DNA from: the human T2T-CHM13v2.0 reference genome, Homo sapiens
Assembly (NCBI RefSeq): GCF_009914755.1
Contig: NC_060926.1
Direction: 5' to 3' (one strand)
DNA length: 64,000 bases
The first letter of the stretch is position 1. Every line of letters begins with the position of its first letter. Below, one piece after another: positions 28,491-41,897 of this stretch. The notes beneath the pieces were generated by a model that was not told where the DNA came from, ran no database searches, and saw only the letters and a list, made by a program, of their open reading frames with translations. A program made the translations under genes and the position numbers.

Positions 28491-29603
28491 GGTTGTTTGT
28501 ACTGGACCATTAACTATTCCAAAGCTAGCCTGAGCTATATTTTTCTGTCTCCAATTTTCTAAATGCCTCTTTCTACAGAATGAAATTTTTAAAAACCTAC
28601 CCTAAATGTAACCTTCTGCATAAAACTTTACAAGATTCCCCTATTTGGAAATGAGTTCTTTTTCCTGGGAACAACCTTTGTGCTTCACAAAGGGTACTTT
28701 CTAATTGTTCAGCACTACTGTGATACCTGTGAATGTAAGTTTTATCCTCCCCAAGGAGTTATTAGGCTCCTTGAGAGCATAATCACCTCTATTCATTTTT
28801 ATATACTTCAGCCCCTATCACAGTGTTCTGTACATTCTAAGTGATGAATAAAGTCATCACCAACAAAATTCAGAGTAATTATTAAAGTAAAGAACACAAA
28901 GAATATGGGGAACACTGAACTCATCTTAGAGATGAGGGATCTCAAGACACAACTTGCATAAAAACCAGAAAAAGTTTTAGTTCATAACAACTAGACATTC
29001 ATACTTCAAAAACATAACATTATAAGCAGATATAAAAGGTAAACAAGTAGAAAAAAATGCCGGTCCATATAACAAAGGGCTTTAATATTCAAAGAACTCA
29101 TACATAAATAAGGCCTTTAAAAAATTATATAAATAATAAATATAAACAAAAAAGTTGACTTTCTTTAAACCACTAAATAACTCAGGCTATAAAATATCAT
29201 AATCTCAATTTTCCTAAAAACAAATATGAGACAGACTATCATAAACATGAAAAGAAAGACATAATCATGTTACATTTTGATGTATTTATGTGGGTGATAT
29301 TATGGAAGGGTGACATTAAAGCCATTTATTTCCAATAGTTTTCTGACATAATTAAAACATGAAATGTACTGCAACAAAAATTCTTTTAATAGAACTGAAA
29401 TCAAACCAATGATGACCTAATCACATCTTAAATGGGCTTTTTTCTTCCCTGGGAAGACACTTGTGTGAGAATATATAGAGTATGAACTACCTATGCTGAG
29501 TGATGTTTAAACTAAGCTTACTTGATAGACAGAAATTACTATCACAGTTCCAAACTGGATAATGGGGATGGCAAGATAAATTGCTAATTTCATCTCTAGG
29601 TTT

Positions 29604-29638
29604 TACACTTGATCTTAGCCAAAAGGCCGAGAAGCGAT
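29604..29638 (-). pseudogene. 3'-truncated tailless U2 snRNA retropseudogene (U2 nt 1-35)
   Basis: Minus strand ATCGCTTCTCGGCCTTTTGGCTAAGATCAAGTGTA equals the U2 5' end; perfect 14-bp TSD CATCTCTAGGTTTT at 29591-29604 and 29639-29652. Confidence 0.95.
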
Positions 29639-30186
29639 CATCTCTAGGTTTTGAAGGTCAGGAGTTGGACTGCAACAGAAGAAATTTCCCACTAAATACT
29701 TCACAAATACCCTCCTCCTGAGAGACAAGCTTAGTCCCAAAGGAAACAGACAGAAAGGTGAAGTCACTAGCAGGGCATTTATATTTCACATGCAGAAACT
29801 GGACCACATCAAAGCTGGCAAAAAAAAGTCCTGTTTACAGGAGAAATTCAAGATTTTTCAGGTTTGAACATTGCTGATGACATTATAAATCAGTGTGTTA
29901 CTTGGTGATGTATTTCAAGAGCCACAAAGACTTTTAAGCCCTTTGGTAGAGTAATTCTACTTCTAGGAATCCATCATAACGAACCACTATTAGCACTACT
30001 ATAACTAAAATAAGTTACAGTTCAATCAGTTGATGAAACATTATCTAGCTTTTAATGAGAGGGGTATGCAGAAACAAAAAAAATGTGTTTACAATAGAAA
30101 GCAAATTAACAAAAATTGAAAAACTTCTAAACCATATTATAACTAGATTATGGAAACAAACAAAAACATACATTATAAAAGATACT

Positions 30187-30466
30187 GGCCGGGTGCAGTG
30201 GCTCACGCCTATAATCCCAGCACTTTGGGAGGCCGAGTAGGACTGCCTGAGCGAAGGAGTTCAAGACCAGCCTGGACAACATGGTGAAGCCCCGTTTCTA
30301 CTAAAAATACAAAAATTAGCCGGGCATGGTGGCACAGCACATACCTGTAGTCCCAGCTACTTGGGGCTGAGGTGGGAGGATTGCTTGAGCTCAGGAGGTT
30401 GAGGCTGCAGTGAGCCAAGATCACACTACTGCACTCCTGCCTGGGTGACAAAGTGAGACCCTGTCC
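30187..30466 (+). mobile_element. AluJ-type element with C-rich sequence in place of most of the A-tail
   Basis: GGCCGGGTGCAGTGG...GAGGATTGCTTGAGCTCAGGAGGTTGAGGCTGCAG; AAAAGATA on both flanks. Confidence 0.88.
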
Positions 30467-31732
30467 ACATCCCCTCCGATTGATTCTCCCCCTCCCCCCC
30501 AAAAAAGATAGTGATTTGCACAGAACAAAATGATAATTTAGTCTCCATGTACTCCTCAGAATTATTGCAAGAAGTCTATGAATCCCTGTGCACATATGCA
30601 CCTTCTCATCAAACACTAAAAATACAATTATTATGGAACCACAATTTTTTTTATATTAAAAAAATCTGAACCATGGCCCAAAGTTGAGAACAAGACAAGG
30701 ATATCTACTCTCACCATTCCTGTTCAACACTGTACTGAAGGTCCCGGCCATTGCAATAGGCAAAAAAAAAAAAAAGAATAAAGAAAAGAAAAAAAAGAAG
30801 CATGAAGATTAAAATGGAGGAAGTAAAGTTTAATATAGTTACTGATGACATAACTACTTATATAGGAGAACTTAAGGAACGTACAAATACCTAGTAGAAC
30901 TAGTAAGTTAATTTAACAAGTCTGCAGCATATAAGGTTATTATACAAAACTCGTATTTTTATATATTAGCAACAAACAAGTAGCAGCAAATTTTAAAAAC
31001 TCCATTTACAATAGTGTTGAAAAACATATAACACCTTTAATAAAACACATGTAAAACCTGTACACTGAAAGCTAAAAGACACAGCTTAGAGAAATAAAAG
31101 ATGACCTAAATAAATGCTGACATAATAAGTTCATGGACTAAAAGACTTGATAAATATTATTAAGACAGCAATATGACATTTTTTTTGTCTCTAAAAAAAT
31201 AGAGGTAAACCACAAACTGGGAAAAAATATTCATAAATCATATATTTGACAAAGTACATTTTTATATCTGCAGAATATATTAAAACCCCCAAAACTCAAT
31301 AATAAAAGGGCAAATAATTCAATTAGAAAATGGCCAAATAATATGAACAAATATTTCACAAAGAAGATATAAAAATGGCTAGTAAGCACATTAGAAAGTG
31401 TTCAGTGTTGCCAGGGAAATGCAAATTAAAACCACATAGATCTTTCCACACACATTAGAATGGCTAAAAACAACCATCACCACCTAATGTCACATGACAA
31501 AAATGCAAGGTAACCAGAATTCTCATGGTGAAAGCGTAAAATGTGAAATGGTACGACCAGAGGAGTTCCAAGAAAACTGAACTTTCATCTACCTCATGAC
31601 TTATCAATTCCTCTCGTATGTATTTTTCTAAGATAAATGAAAACAAAGGTCAAAGACAACAAAAAAACTGCGCAAGAATATTCACAGCAGTTTTACTCAC
31701 AATGGCCAAAAACTGGAAATAAGCAAGGTTCA

Positions 31733-32575
31733 TGTGATATTGGGAAGTACATATCTGGCTTTCCTCCTGTTTCCCTGCAAAAAGCTCCTAAAACCTTTGG
31801 AATCTCCAGAGTGATAGATAAGAGTGTCTTTTGTATGACACGACTGGTAGCTGGGGTCCCCTAGATACCTTCAGGATAGGGGATGGTCACCAGAAAAACC
31901 AAACAAGTGACTAGAGGGGTTGTCACCTTCAGCTCCAGACCCCCAACCTCCAGGGAGGGGAGAAGGGCTGAAGGTCGAGTTGATCACTAATGGCCAATGA
32001 TTCAATCATGCCTATGTAATGAAACCTACTAAAAACCCAAAAGGCCTGGGTTCCAATGAGCTTCTAGATAGCTCAACACCTGGAGGTTCCTAGAGGGTAG
32101 TATGCCCATGTAGAAGTTCCATATCCTTTCCCCCATATACCTTCCCCCTATACCTTTCCCTATACATCTTCTTCATCTGGCTGTTCATCTGTATCCTTTG
32201 TAATATCCTTTATAATAAGTGGATGAACATTAAGTAGATGTTTCCCTGAGTTCTGCAAACTGGCAAATTAATTGAACTCCAGGGTCATAGGAATCCTGAA
32301 GTTACAGGTCACAACCAGACCTCTCAAGTTGGGAGCAATCTTGTAGTTCTGAGCCCTCAACCTGTGGGATCTGACACTATCTCCAGGTAGATAGTGTCAG
32401 AAATTAACTAAATTAGAGGACACCCAGGTGACGTCTGCTGGATAATCTGCTGCAGAATTGACTGGTTGGAGGGGAGAAATCCCTACATATTTTGGTGACC
32501 AGAGGCCACGAAAGTGTTCTATGTTGTACTGAGAGTAGACAGTATAAAAAAGTTTGGTATTTCCTATATCTCTTA
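31733..32575. mobile_element. MER21-like solo LTR
   Basis: Starts TGTGATATTGGGAAGTACATATCTGG...CTCCTAAAACCTTTGGAATCTCC...GATAAGAGTGTCTTTTGTATG as in recalled MER21B; right end approximate. Confidence 0.75.
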
Positions 32576-33073
32576 AATTTCATTAACAGGAAAATAGATA
32601 AGCTGTGGTATATTCACACAATGGAATATTACTGAGCAATAAAAAATAAGCTACTGGTACTTGCTACAACATGGATAAATCTCTAAATACGATGCTGAAA
32701 GAAGCCTTACACAGATGAGTACAATTGTATGGTAGAGGGAGAAAACTAACCTTTGGTAGAAAAAAATCAAAACAAGTAGTTACCTCTGGGAGGTTGGGGC
32801 AGTAACTGATCGGAAGAGGTATAAGGGAACGTTTTCAGATAATAGAAATGTTCCTGATCTCAACAGCAGTTTGGTTACACAGAAGTAGGTATTTGTCAAA
32901 ATTCAGCTAATATAAACTTAAAATTTAATTGTTACGTAAATGTGACCTCAAAAGAAAAAAATCGTAAAGAATTATCAAATTGTAGTTAATTATATGAATG
33001 CTTAAGTATTTAGTGCAAAGTGTACCAATGTCTGTCTGCAATCTTCTTTGGAATGCATCAGAAACATAAGATG

Positions 33074-33382
33074 GGCCAGGTGCAGTGGCTCACGCCTGTA
33101 ATCCCAGCTCTTTGGGAGGCCAAGGTGGGTGGATCACTTGAGTCCAGGAGTTTGAAACCAGCCTGGACAATACAGCGAAACTCTATCTCTACTAAAAATA
33201 CAAAAAATTAGCCAGACCGTGGTGCTGCACACCTGTAACCCCAGCTACTTAGGAGGTTGACGCGCAAGAATCACTTGAACCCAGGAGGCAGAGGTTGCCG
33301 AGATCACACCACTGCACTCCAGTCTGGGTGACAGAGAGATCTTGTCTCAAAAACAAAACAAAACAAAACAAGACAAAAAAAA
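33074..33382 (+). mobile_element. Alu (old S or Jb)
   Basis: Dimer with (AAAAC)n tail; TSD ATAAGATG. Confidence 0.9.
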
Positions 33383-34358
33383 ATAAGATGGATGGATAAG
33401 TAGATGGATATGTGGAAAAACAGATAGAATAAAATGTTAATGATAACATCTAGGTGTGGCTATATAGGAATTCACTGTAAAAATTTTTTTTCCAATTTTT
33501 CTGTATGGCTAAATTTTTTCATCATAAAACTGTTGGGGGAAACCAGGAACTAGTTGGATGTTCACAGAATATTATTTTTTACTTCTTTTTTCTAAGTTTT
33601 CTATAATATACTATAGTCTTTTTAAATATTTTTAAAAGAAAGCAAATTAATGACATTTACTAAAATAATCAAATATAAGTGATTTTAAAACAAAAATCTC
33701 ATTTTAGATTCAATAAAAGTTAAAATATTCACTATATTTGTTACACTGTCATACAATTCAGTAAGAATCTTTAAAAAATGTCGTTATGTAGCAAGTCACT
33801 GTTTTTGAACTAATTAAAAAAATTTAAAGCTAATTAAATATGCTGTTAAAAAGATTTTTCTTTTTATACCGTAAACTTCCCTTCTACTCAAAAACTTCCC
33901 CCATGTCATTCTGTTAATGTATACTCACTAAAAGTACATCATTTCTTAGATTTTAAGATTTTAATAACCAATAAAGATAATATTAAGAAAGCTGAGTTGG
34001 TTGTTTACTTTCAAAAGGGTTTTATCTTTAGAAAAGCACAAGTTTTATGCCAGGTGCTAGTCAATTGTGTCTTGTTAATTTCCAAAACAAACAGAGGGGA
34101 GTGCCATGCAATTTCCATTACACACACTTCACCATTAGTATCAGGGTTTATTAGCTTGACAATGCTCCAGGAGTAATGGTTTCATTCCTCAGTGAAATGA
34201 AATAATGTGCCACATAACTCAGCAATGCAGAACTTCTGAAAAATGTTGTCACATTAAACGGTCATATTTTTCAGTTTCCATTATGCCAAAACAAAGGCCA
34301 TTTGCTGTAAAGAACTCACTCTGCATATGGAGAATTCCCACATGGGCCTCAGACTTAC

Positions 34359-34538
34359 CTCATTGCTATGTCATATGATTCTGGATGAATACAAGTTTGG
34401 TCCAAAGGATTTGGCTTCAGTAAAACATTCACTGCAGTTTTGCTCTTCTTTTTGCCCTGCTTCTCATTTGTGACCTCAACGTCTGCTGAAGATGTCACAG
34501 CAACTCCTTGAATTTGGCCTGAAGTTTCAGTTTGCTGA
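34359..34538 (-). CDS. SRBD1: SRBD1 coding exon: (S)[59 protein letters not shown](R)
   Basis: Acceptor TTTTATATAG|, donor GAG|GTAAGT; 180 nt, phase 2-2; Tex motif NPLDxTxIHPESY. Confidence 0.97.
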
Positions 34539-34850
34539 CTATATAAAACCAGAAAAAACCACATTTATGAAAAGGGGAAGGTTGGGCAGAAAAGTCTTCA
34601 AATTAAAATGTGCTTACTTCTCTGTCATACAAATATGCGAAAACAGCAACCAGATTTTGACCTTTTACTTCATAGAAACTACCACTTATTTGTTTAAATC
34701 ACTGGGAAAAGGGCTTTCTGTTACTTAAAGCCAAAAACATTCTTAACTGATTGTATAATTGCCATTCTAAGAGAGAAAAGAGGAAAATGTAGGGAAACAA
34801 AATAATAATATTTCCCAGAGCTAAGAAAAACAAGCTCTCAAAAGAATCTA

Positions 34851-35208
<358 letters not shown>

Positions 35209-35214
35209 TCATAC

Positions 35215-35630
35215 TTGACATATCATGGATAAACTTTACAATATAAATAATCTTTAAAATTCTAAAAGGCTTTCAAGAGAGAAAATTAAAACATTACTTT
35301 AAAAGGATCTGGAATCAGACTAGCATCAGATTTCTCACTGGCAAACATCAGATGTCAGAACATAGTGGAACAATATCTTAAAGTTTCTGAGAGAAAATGA
35401 TTTTGAATTTAGAATCGCATACCTAGTCAAATTAGCATTCAAGTAGGAGGGCAAATTGAAATCATTTGCAGGTATGTAAGGACTTAAGTATAACCCATAC
35501 CAAGCTCTAAAAGAATTTCTTAAGGATTAATTCTAGCAAAAACCAATAAATCAAAGAAAAATGATGATATGAACTACAAGAAACAGTGCAGAAACCACAA
35601 AAACTGATTAAATTAAATAAGTGCTCATGA
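35215..35630 (+). mobile_element. Old L1M ORF1-region fragment (continues after the repeats, ~36880-37560)
   Basis: GAATCAGACTAGCATCAGATTTCTCA...GTGGAACAATATCTTAAAGTTCTGAGAGAAAA. Confidence 0.6.
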
Positions 35631-35639
35631 ATGATGTAA

Positions 35640-36512
35640 ATATATATACATTATGTGTATATACACATATATACATATACACTATATAGTATATATGTAG
35701 TATGTATAGTGTGTATATAGTGTGTGTGTACAGTGTGTATATAGTGTGTGTGTACACACATAGTGTGTATATAGTGTGTGTACACACATAGTGTCTGTAG
35801 TGTGTGTACACACATAGTGTGTATATAGTGTGTGTGTACACATAGTGTGTATAGTGTGTGTACACACATAGTGTGTATAGTGTATATAGTATGCACATAC
35901 ACACATAGTGTATATAGTATGTATATACACACACACATAGTGTGTATATAGTATGTATATACACACACACAGTGTGTATATAGTATGTACACACACACAG
36001 TGTGTATATAGTATGTACACACACACAGTGTGTATATAGTATGTACACACACACATAGTGTGTATATAGTATGTACACACACATAGTGTGTATATAGTAT
36101 GTACACACACATATAGTGTGTATATAGTATGTACACACACATATAGTGTGTATATAGTATGTACACACACATATAGTGTGTATATAGTATGTACACACAA
36201 TATAGTGTGTATATAGTATGTACACACACATATAGTGTGTATATAGTATGTACATACACACAGTGTTATATAGTATGTACATACACACACATATAGTGTG
36301 TATATAGTATGTATATACACACATATAGTGTGTATATAGTATGTATATACACACATATAGTGTGTATATAGTATGTATATACACACATATAGTGTGTATA
36401 TAGTATGTATATACACACATATAGTGTGTATATAGTATGTATATACACACATATAGTGTGTATATAGTATGTATATACACACATATAGTGTGTATATGTG
36501 TATATACACACA
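35640..36512. repeat. TA/TG/CA-rich minisatellite (VNTR-like), units ~26-32 bp
   Basis: Units ATATAGTGTGTATATAGTATGTACACACAC (30 bp) and ATATAGTGTGTATATAGTATGTATATACACAC (32 bp). Confidence 0.95.
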
Positions 36513-36715
36513 TTTAAAAAACAAAAATATACATCTATAAGAATATATTTTATATATATGGAGGAGTGTGTATATATAGTGTGTATGTGTATATGTATAT
36601 ACACACGTATATACACATGCATATAGTCTGTATACGTATATATAGGTTAAAAAACAAAAATATACATAAAATATTTTTATATATGTATAAAATATATAGA
36701 GAGAGTGAGAGAAAA

Positions 36716-36869
36716 GGAGGGGAGGGGAGGGGAGGGGAGAGGAGGGGAGGGGAGGGGAGGGGATGGGAGAGGAGAGGAGAGGAGAGGAGAGGAGAGGAGA
36801 GGAGACGAGAGGAGACGAGAGGAGACGAGAGGAGAGGAGAGGAGAGGAGAGGAGAGGAGAGGAGAGGAG
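36716..36869 (+). repeat. (GGAGG)n/(GGAGA)n polypurine pentamer repeat
   Basis: ~154 bp almost purely purine tract. Confidence 0.95.
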
Positions 36870-37717
36870 TCTGAAACTAAAATCCCAGATCATCTTATCA
36901 TGGGAGGCAGAGAGAGTTGAAGAGAGAAAGATTGGGAAGGATCCTGTTTCTAGTCTTCTCTAAGAGGACAGACACCTATTAACTCCAGAGGTCAGTCCAA
37001 AACCAATTTAAGGATGATCATAAGAATAGAAGATGTACAACTTTGAAATCACTAAGGAGAGATAAAGATGAGATGGGAAAACAAGGAGAGAAACAGAAAA
37101 CTTATTAACTGATAAATCTAATAAATAGCGTAAAAGGAAAAGAAGAATCAGAAAGCATGATGGAGGGGCAAAATACGTAGGAAGAATAAGCCCAAACATA
37201 TAAATAAATACAACAAATATGAATGTATTAATAACAGATTGAGTAAAACCACAAAATCTAGCTATGTGTTTCTAAGAGCCATATCAAAAATTAAATGTCA
37301 TAGAAAGTATAAAAATTAAAAAAAAAGGCATATACAGTAACATTGCTAGCAAATAAATTTCAAAGCAAAAAACATTAAATGTGGTAGCAATATTCCATTC
37401 TGAATAAACCTATAGTTCATGAGATGTAACAGTCACAAATCTTCAAGTACCTAATTATCAGCTGGAAAAGTACAAGGCTTTAAAATAAGCTTCATCAATA
37501 AGACACTGATTAGACTAAATTACAGCCCATCCATACAATTAAATTTTATGCAGACAATATAAAGAATAAAAAATTAGAAATCTATATGTAATAATTTGGA
37601 AAGAGATCCAGAAGACTGAAACAAATAAAGCAAGTTTCAAATAGTTGCAGAGCCTGATCCCTTGTGTATACATTTTTAAAATAATAAACATATACATACA
37701 AGGTGACATAACTGTAA

Positions 37718-38120
<403 letters not shown>

Positions 38121-38879
38121 TAAACTAACAAAAACAGAATCATTTTATCTTCAATTTTTTTCAATTGTGACTTCTAGGTTTCATGATCTATTTAGAAAGA
38201 ATTTCCATCACTCTAATGCTCTGCAAGATTTCCCCATGTTTTCTTCTGGTGCTTTTACAGTTTTTTACTTTTTTTGACATTTAAGTCTATGATAAATCTG
38301 TAATTTATCTGGGTATAGGAGTGAGAAGTGGGACTACAGCTTCCTTCACACATATTGAATTACTGGCAGTTGTCATAATATCATTTGTTAGATAATTAAT
38401 CAATTTTACCCTACCATTTGAAATGTCACCTTTACCACAAACTAAATTCTAACCATGTTTTGGTGGATTTCAGACCTTATTCTGTGCTATTCCTACATCA
38501 AAAGCAAACTGTTTAATTTCCACAGCTTTATAATGTATTCTAGTGAGGCTTAATCAGTCTTTTCCAGAAGAAAGGTTATCTTCCATATGACCTCTATTAT
38601 AATTTTGTCAAAATTATAAAGTCCATATGAATTAACCACGTAGTCCCAAAGTAGCAGATACGTAAATGTTCTTCTTTCATGATTATATCATGCTAAGAAG
38701 TTTATCTAACAAGCTTTTGTGCTTTCAGGATTAGAAAATAAAGAAATTTAGCTCTTGATCCACACAACTGATAATCAATGCTTTGGTCCATTTTCAGTGA
38801 GGAGGGAGTGGGGAAACATATCTATGCTTAGGGAACAGCTATGTCAGTATAAAGTGGTCATTTTGAAGTCACCATTGTC

Positions 38880-39310
38880 ACCTCATCTTGTACCAGTCCT
38901 TCCCATTTGCTATGCCCTAATTGTGTGGGCCTTTGCCTCATTTCCTGAATACACCAAAGTTGGTCCTGCCTTAGGACTGTGCACACTTAGTGTTCACTTT
39001 GCCTGGAATGCTCTCTTTCTGATCCTTGGATGGCATTTCATTCAAAACTCTGCTCAAATAAGTTTTCAAAAAATAACGAATCTAAAGTAGTTGTATTACT
39101 CTCCTAAGACAGTGTCACATATCCCTGCTTTAATTTTTATAGCACTTCTTGCCATCTGAAAGTACTAATTTTACTAGTTTGCTTATTGTCTGTGTCACAT
39201 GTTAAAATATAACTCCATGAGAATCCGGAATTTGCTGACTTGCTCACTGTTGTATTCCCAATGCCTACCAAAGGACAGTCACTCAACACTTAACTGAATG
39301 AAGGCATGAA
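38880..39310 (+). mobile_element. L2 3' end
   Basis: TTGCCTGGAATGCTCT...CTCCATGAGA...GCTCACTGTTGTATTCCCAATGCCTA...ACTGAATGAA. Confidence 0.7.
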
Positions 39311-39411
39311 CAATGGACACTTAGAAAATTTTACACTAATCAGTGGTAGGATAGGTAACAGTAACAAGAGAGGAGGTTGACAATAGAATCAAAGTGTATA
39401 CTTATACTCAC

Positions 39412-39588
39412 CTGCAAAACGTTCGGATATAATCCTGGTTGATTCTGATGAAGCCAGCACACTGTTGGAAGGATTTTGGGCCCAGCCCTTTCACTTTCTT
39501 CAGCTGTTCTCGGTTGATAAAGGGTCCATTTTTCTCTCGCCATTCAATAATATTTTTGGCCCTGTTGGCATTGAGTCCTGCAATATGC
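39412..39588 (-). CDS. SRBD1: SRBD1 coding exon, tandem helix-hairpin-helix: (R)[58 protein letters not shown]
   Basis: Acceptor TTTTTTTTCTAG|, donor CAG|GTGAGT; 177 nt, phase 2-2; HhH motifs IAGL and VKGLGPK as in Tex. Confidence 0.97.
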
Positions 39589-40833
39589 CTAGAAAAAAAA
39601 AATAAGCAAACTGAAAAAAAGATCTCATCTGAAAAGACAATGATATAAAACATTTGGATCATAAAAACGACTGCAATGACATATCCTCATACGGCTAAGT
39701 TAAGTTAATCCAAAAGGGAGTTTAAAAAAAAAACAAAAAAAAAACGGAGAAAAAAAGAGTTGTGCAAGAGGAAAGAAGGACAACAGAATAAAAAAATAAT
39801 GACAAAACCAACAGCTGTCATAAAGATGCTGGTAAGAAGGCTAACACTGATGCAAGAAAAAAATGTTCCTTAGTTTTTCTATACTATTCACATTCCTTAT
39901 GTTTCTGGATAAAGTAATAATTTTGCCTATTTTTTTCAGCATACATACAAAGTGAGTTAGAAGAAGTTATAATAGCTACAACTGTGTTGTACTACCTTTT
40001 TTGTGTGTTAGCCTGTTCTCAGTAATATAGAGCTGAACTACAGAAAGGCCCTTATCTATAATTGTCATGGTTAGTATAAATTATATACAAAGACTATATC
40101 ATTAGGTAGTTTGCTTGGTGTCAAAAGATTATTTCAGAGAATCTCAACTCTATTATAAAATTCCATATATGAAATTATGAAATGTTTGTAGATGTGTTAG
40201 AAAATCAACAACTTAAAATGTAAGGGACAGTTTCTGCTATACCTGTTTCAGTGAAAACGGTCCAGATCAGGGAATTTCATGCTGCATTAGCAGACTTGTG
40301 TAATAAATGCAAAACTGTGAACAAAAAAGCAGCTCTTCTAAAACCATGGGGGAAAAGAAGATTATATAACATGCGATTATAGTATGATAAAAATTTTGAC
40401 AGGTTTCTTGTGGAATCAGGGTAAAAATATGGTAACCATACCTTGAACCCTCAGAATTTATCTTTTGGTTACTGCCAGGTTTGACAGATGCATGCAAGAG
40501 GCTTAACTAGTGAAAAATCTCTACTCTCACGTGGTGGGAAACAGCTCTTTTCCATGTTAACCTTATTTAAATTCTATTAGCAACACTAATACACTCAATG
40601 GTTACCATATGCTCTTCACTTTAGACCTGCAATATTAAAAATGATAATGTGAATTGTTATAATTCTTTTCTTAAATGATGTCTTCCCCTCTGATTACTTA
40701 AAGCAATGTATAAACCCATAGACGTTCTCTACTTGACAACTTTATACACGTGTTCCCTTCTTCTAGCCGAGTTTGGACTGGACAGCCAGTTAAACTCAAG
40801 ATTCTGTGATCTTCAGCCACATATTTGTCTCAC

Positions 40834-40940
40834 CTTAACAAAACTTCTGAACAGATGTTAATATCCACTCCCACAAAGCTGACACATTCTTCTACAACAC
40901 TGTCCAGTGTTGCCTTGAGTAAAGTCTGGGATACGTCATG
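40834..40940 (-). CDS. SRBD1: SRBD1 coding exon not in the ORF track: [35 protein letters not shown](R)
   Basis: Acceptor TTTCTCTTTTCAG|, donor AAG|GTGAGA; 107 nt, phase 0 to 2; Tex motif (YQ)HDV...VVExCV..VGVDxN. Confidence 0.95.
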
Positions 40941-41195
40941 CTGAAAAGAGAAAGATCAAATATTAACAGTGAAGGAGATGTAGTTCTTGGACTATTCCAT
41001 TACTCTGCCTATATTACTGGTGGTTAGCTAACACACACCATGGTAAATTTCTTCATTCCTCTTAGACACACTGTTAGCAGAATTAAGCTAAAGTCAAGGC
41101 ATCTGTGGCTTCTTACTCTTTTAAGCTATGCATATATACCTAATTTGAATATAACAGTACCAGTATTTTTCCCTTGCCTGAAATTGTGCCCAGAG

Positions 41196-41342
41196 CAGTG
41201 GTTCTCAAACTTAAGCTTGCATTAAAATCACCTGTATGGCTTGGTAACACACCCACATCCAGATTCCTGATTCAGTAGGTCTAGGGTGGGGTCTAAGAAT
41301 TTGCATTCTAACAAGTTCCCGGATGATACTGTGGCTGCTAGA
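41196..41342. mobile_element. MER5A hAT-Charlie MITE
   Basis: CAGTGGTTCTCAAACTT...CTGATTCAGTAGGTCTAGGGTGGGG...AGAATTTGCATTCTAACAAGTTCCC. Confidence 0.85.
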
Positions 41343-41897
41343 TCACAATGAGACATAGTCTCTAACATTCATGCACGGCCTTATAGTGTTATGGAGAAGA
41401 AAACATGTTATAATAGGAAGCAGTAAAATAACAGTAAGACAGTAAATCAAACTCGTTTCATCAAATTGAAGACAGTACTGTTTATATGAAGCACCATTTT
41501 ATATACCACTAAGGAAGAAAATAGTCAATTAAACCATGACACATGCTTTCTTACTGCTTACATTTTTTATTTATTTTTTAAATATTGAAAGAGCTCTTTA
41601 GACTTATTTAGAAACCGTAAGAACCATATATCATGTACAAATAAGAAAATATAAGCAATCTAAACTGGCTAAGCTATTCCTAAAATTTCTTCACATTCAG
41701 TGTTCAACTCTTCTGATCACTTTTATATTCAAAATCATAGGTGTCAAGGTTTTCCATGCAGTATTGTTTTTTATACTAACAAGATCCTTGATAACGCAGC
41801 ATTTCTTAAAAGAGTAATCCTCTGTTGTCTCTGGGACTTTCAAGCTTCAGATGCACATTCTTAGAAGCTTTGATGATAGTAGCACTATCTTAATCTT

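Larger units (their letters stand above)
30675..33540 (+). mobile_element. Old L1 (L1ME-like) ORF2 fragments and 3'UTR, interrupted by a MER21 LTR and an Alu
   Basis: GAACAAGACAAGGATATCTACTCTCACC, GAAATGCAAATTAAAACCACA; 3' end ...TTTTCATCATAAAACTGTTGGGG. Confidence 0.75.

Noticed and set aside
35608-36963. Longest ORFs in the track (301, 202 and 403 aa; YIHT/CV, EERRG and SSPLL repeats)
   Set aside because: Translations of the minisatellite and pentamer repeat, which lack stop codons in those frames; no coding evidence
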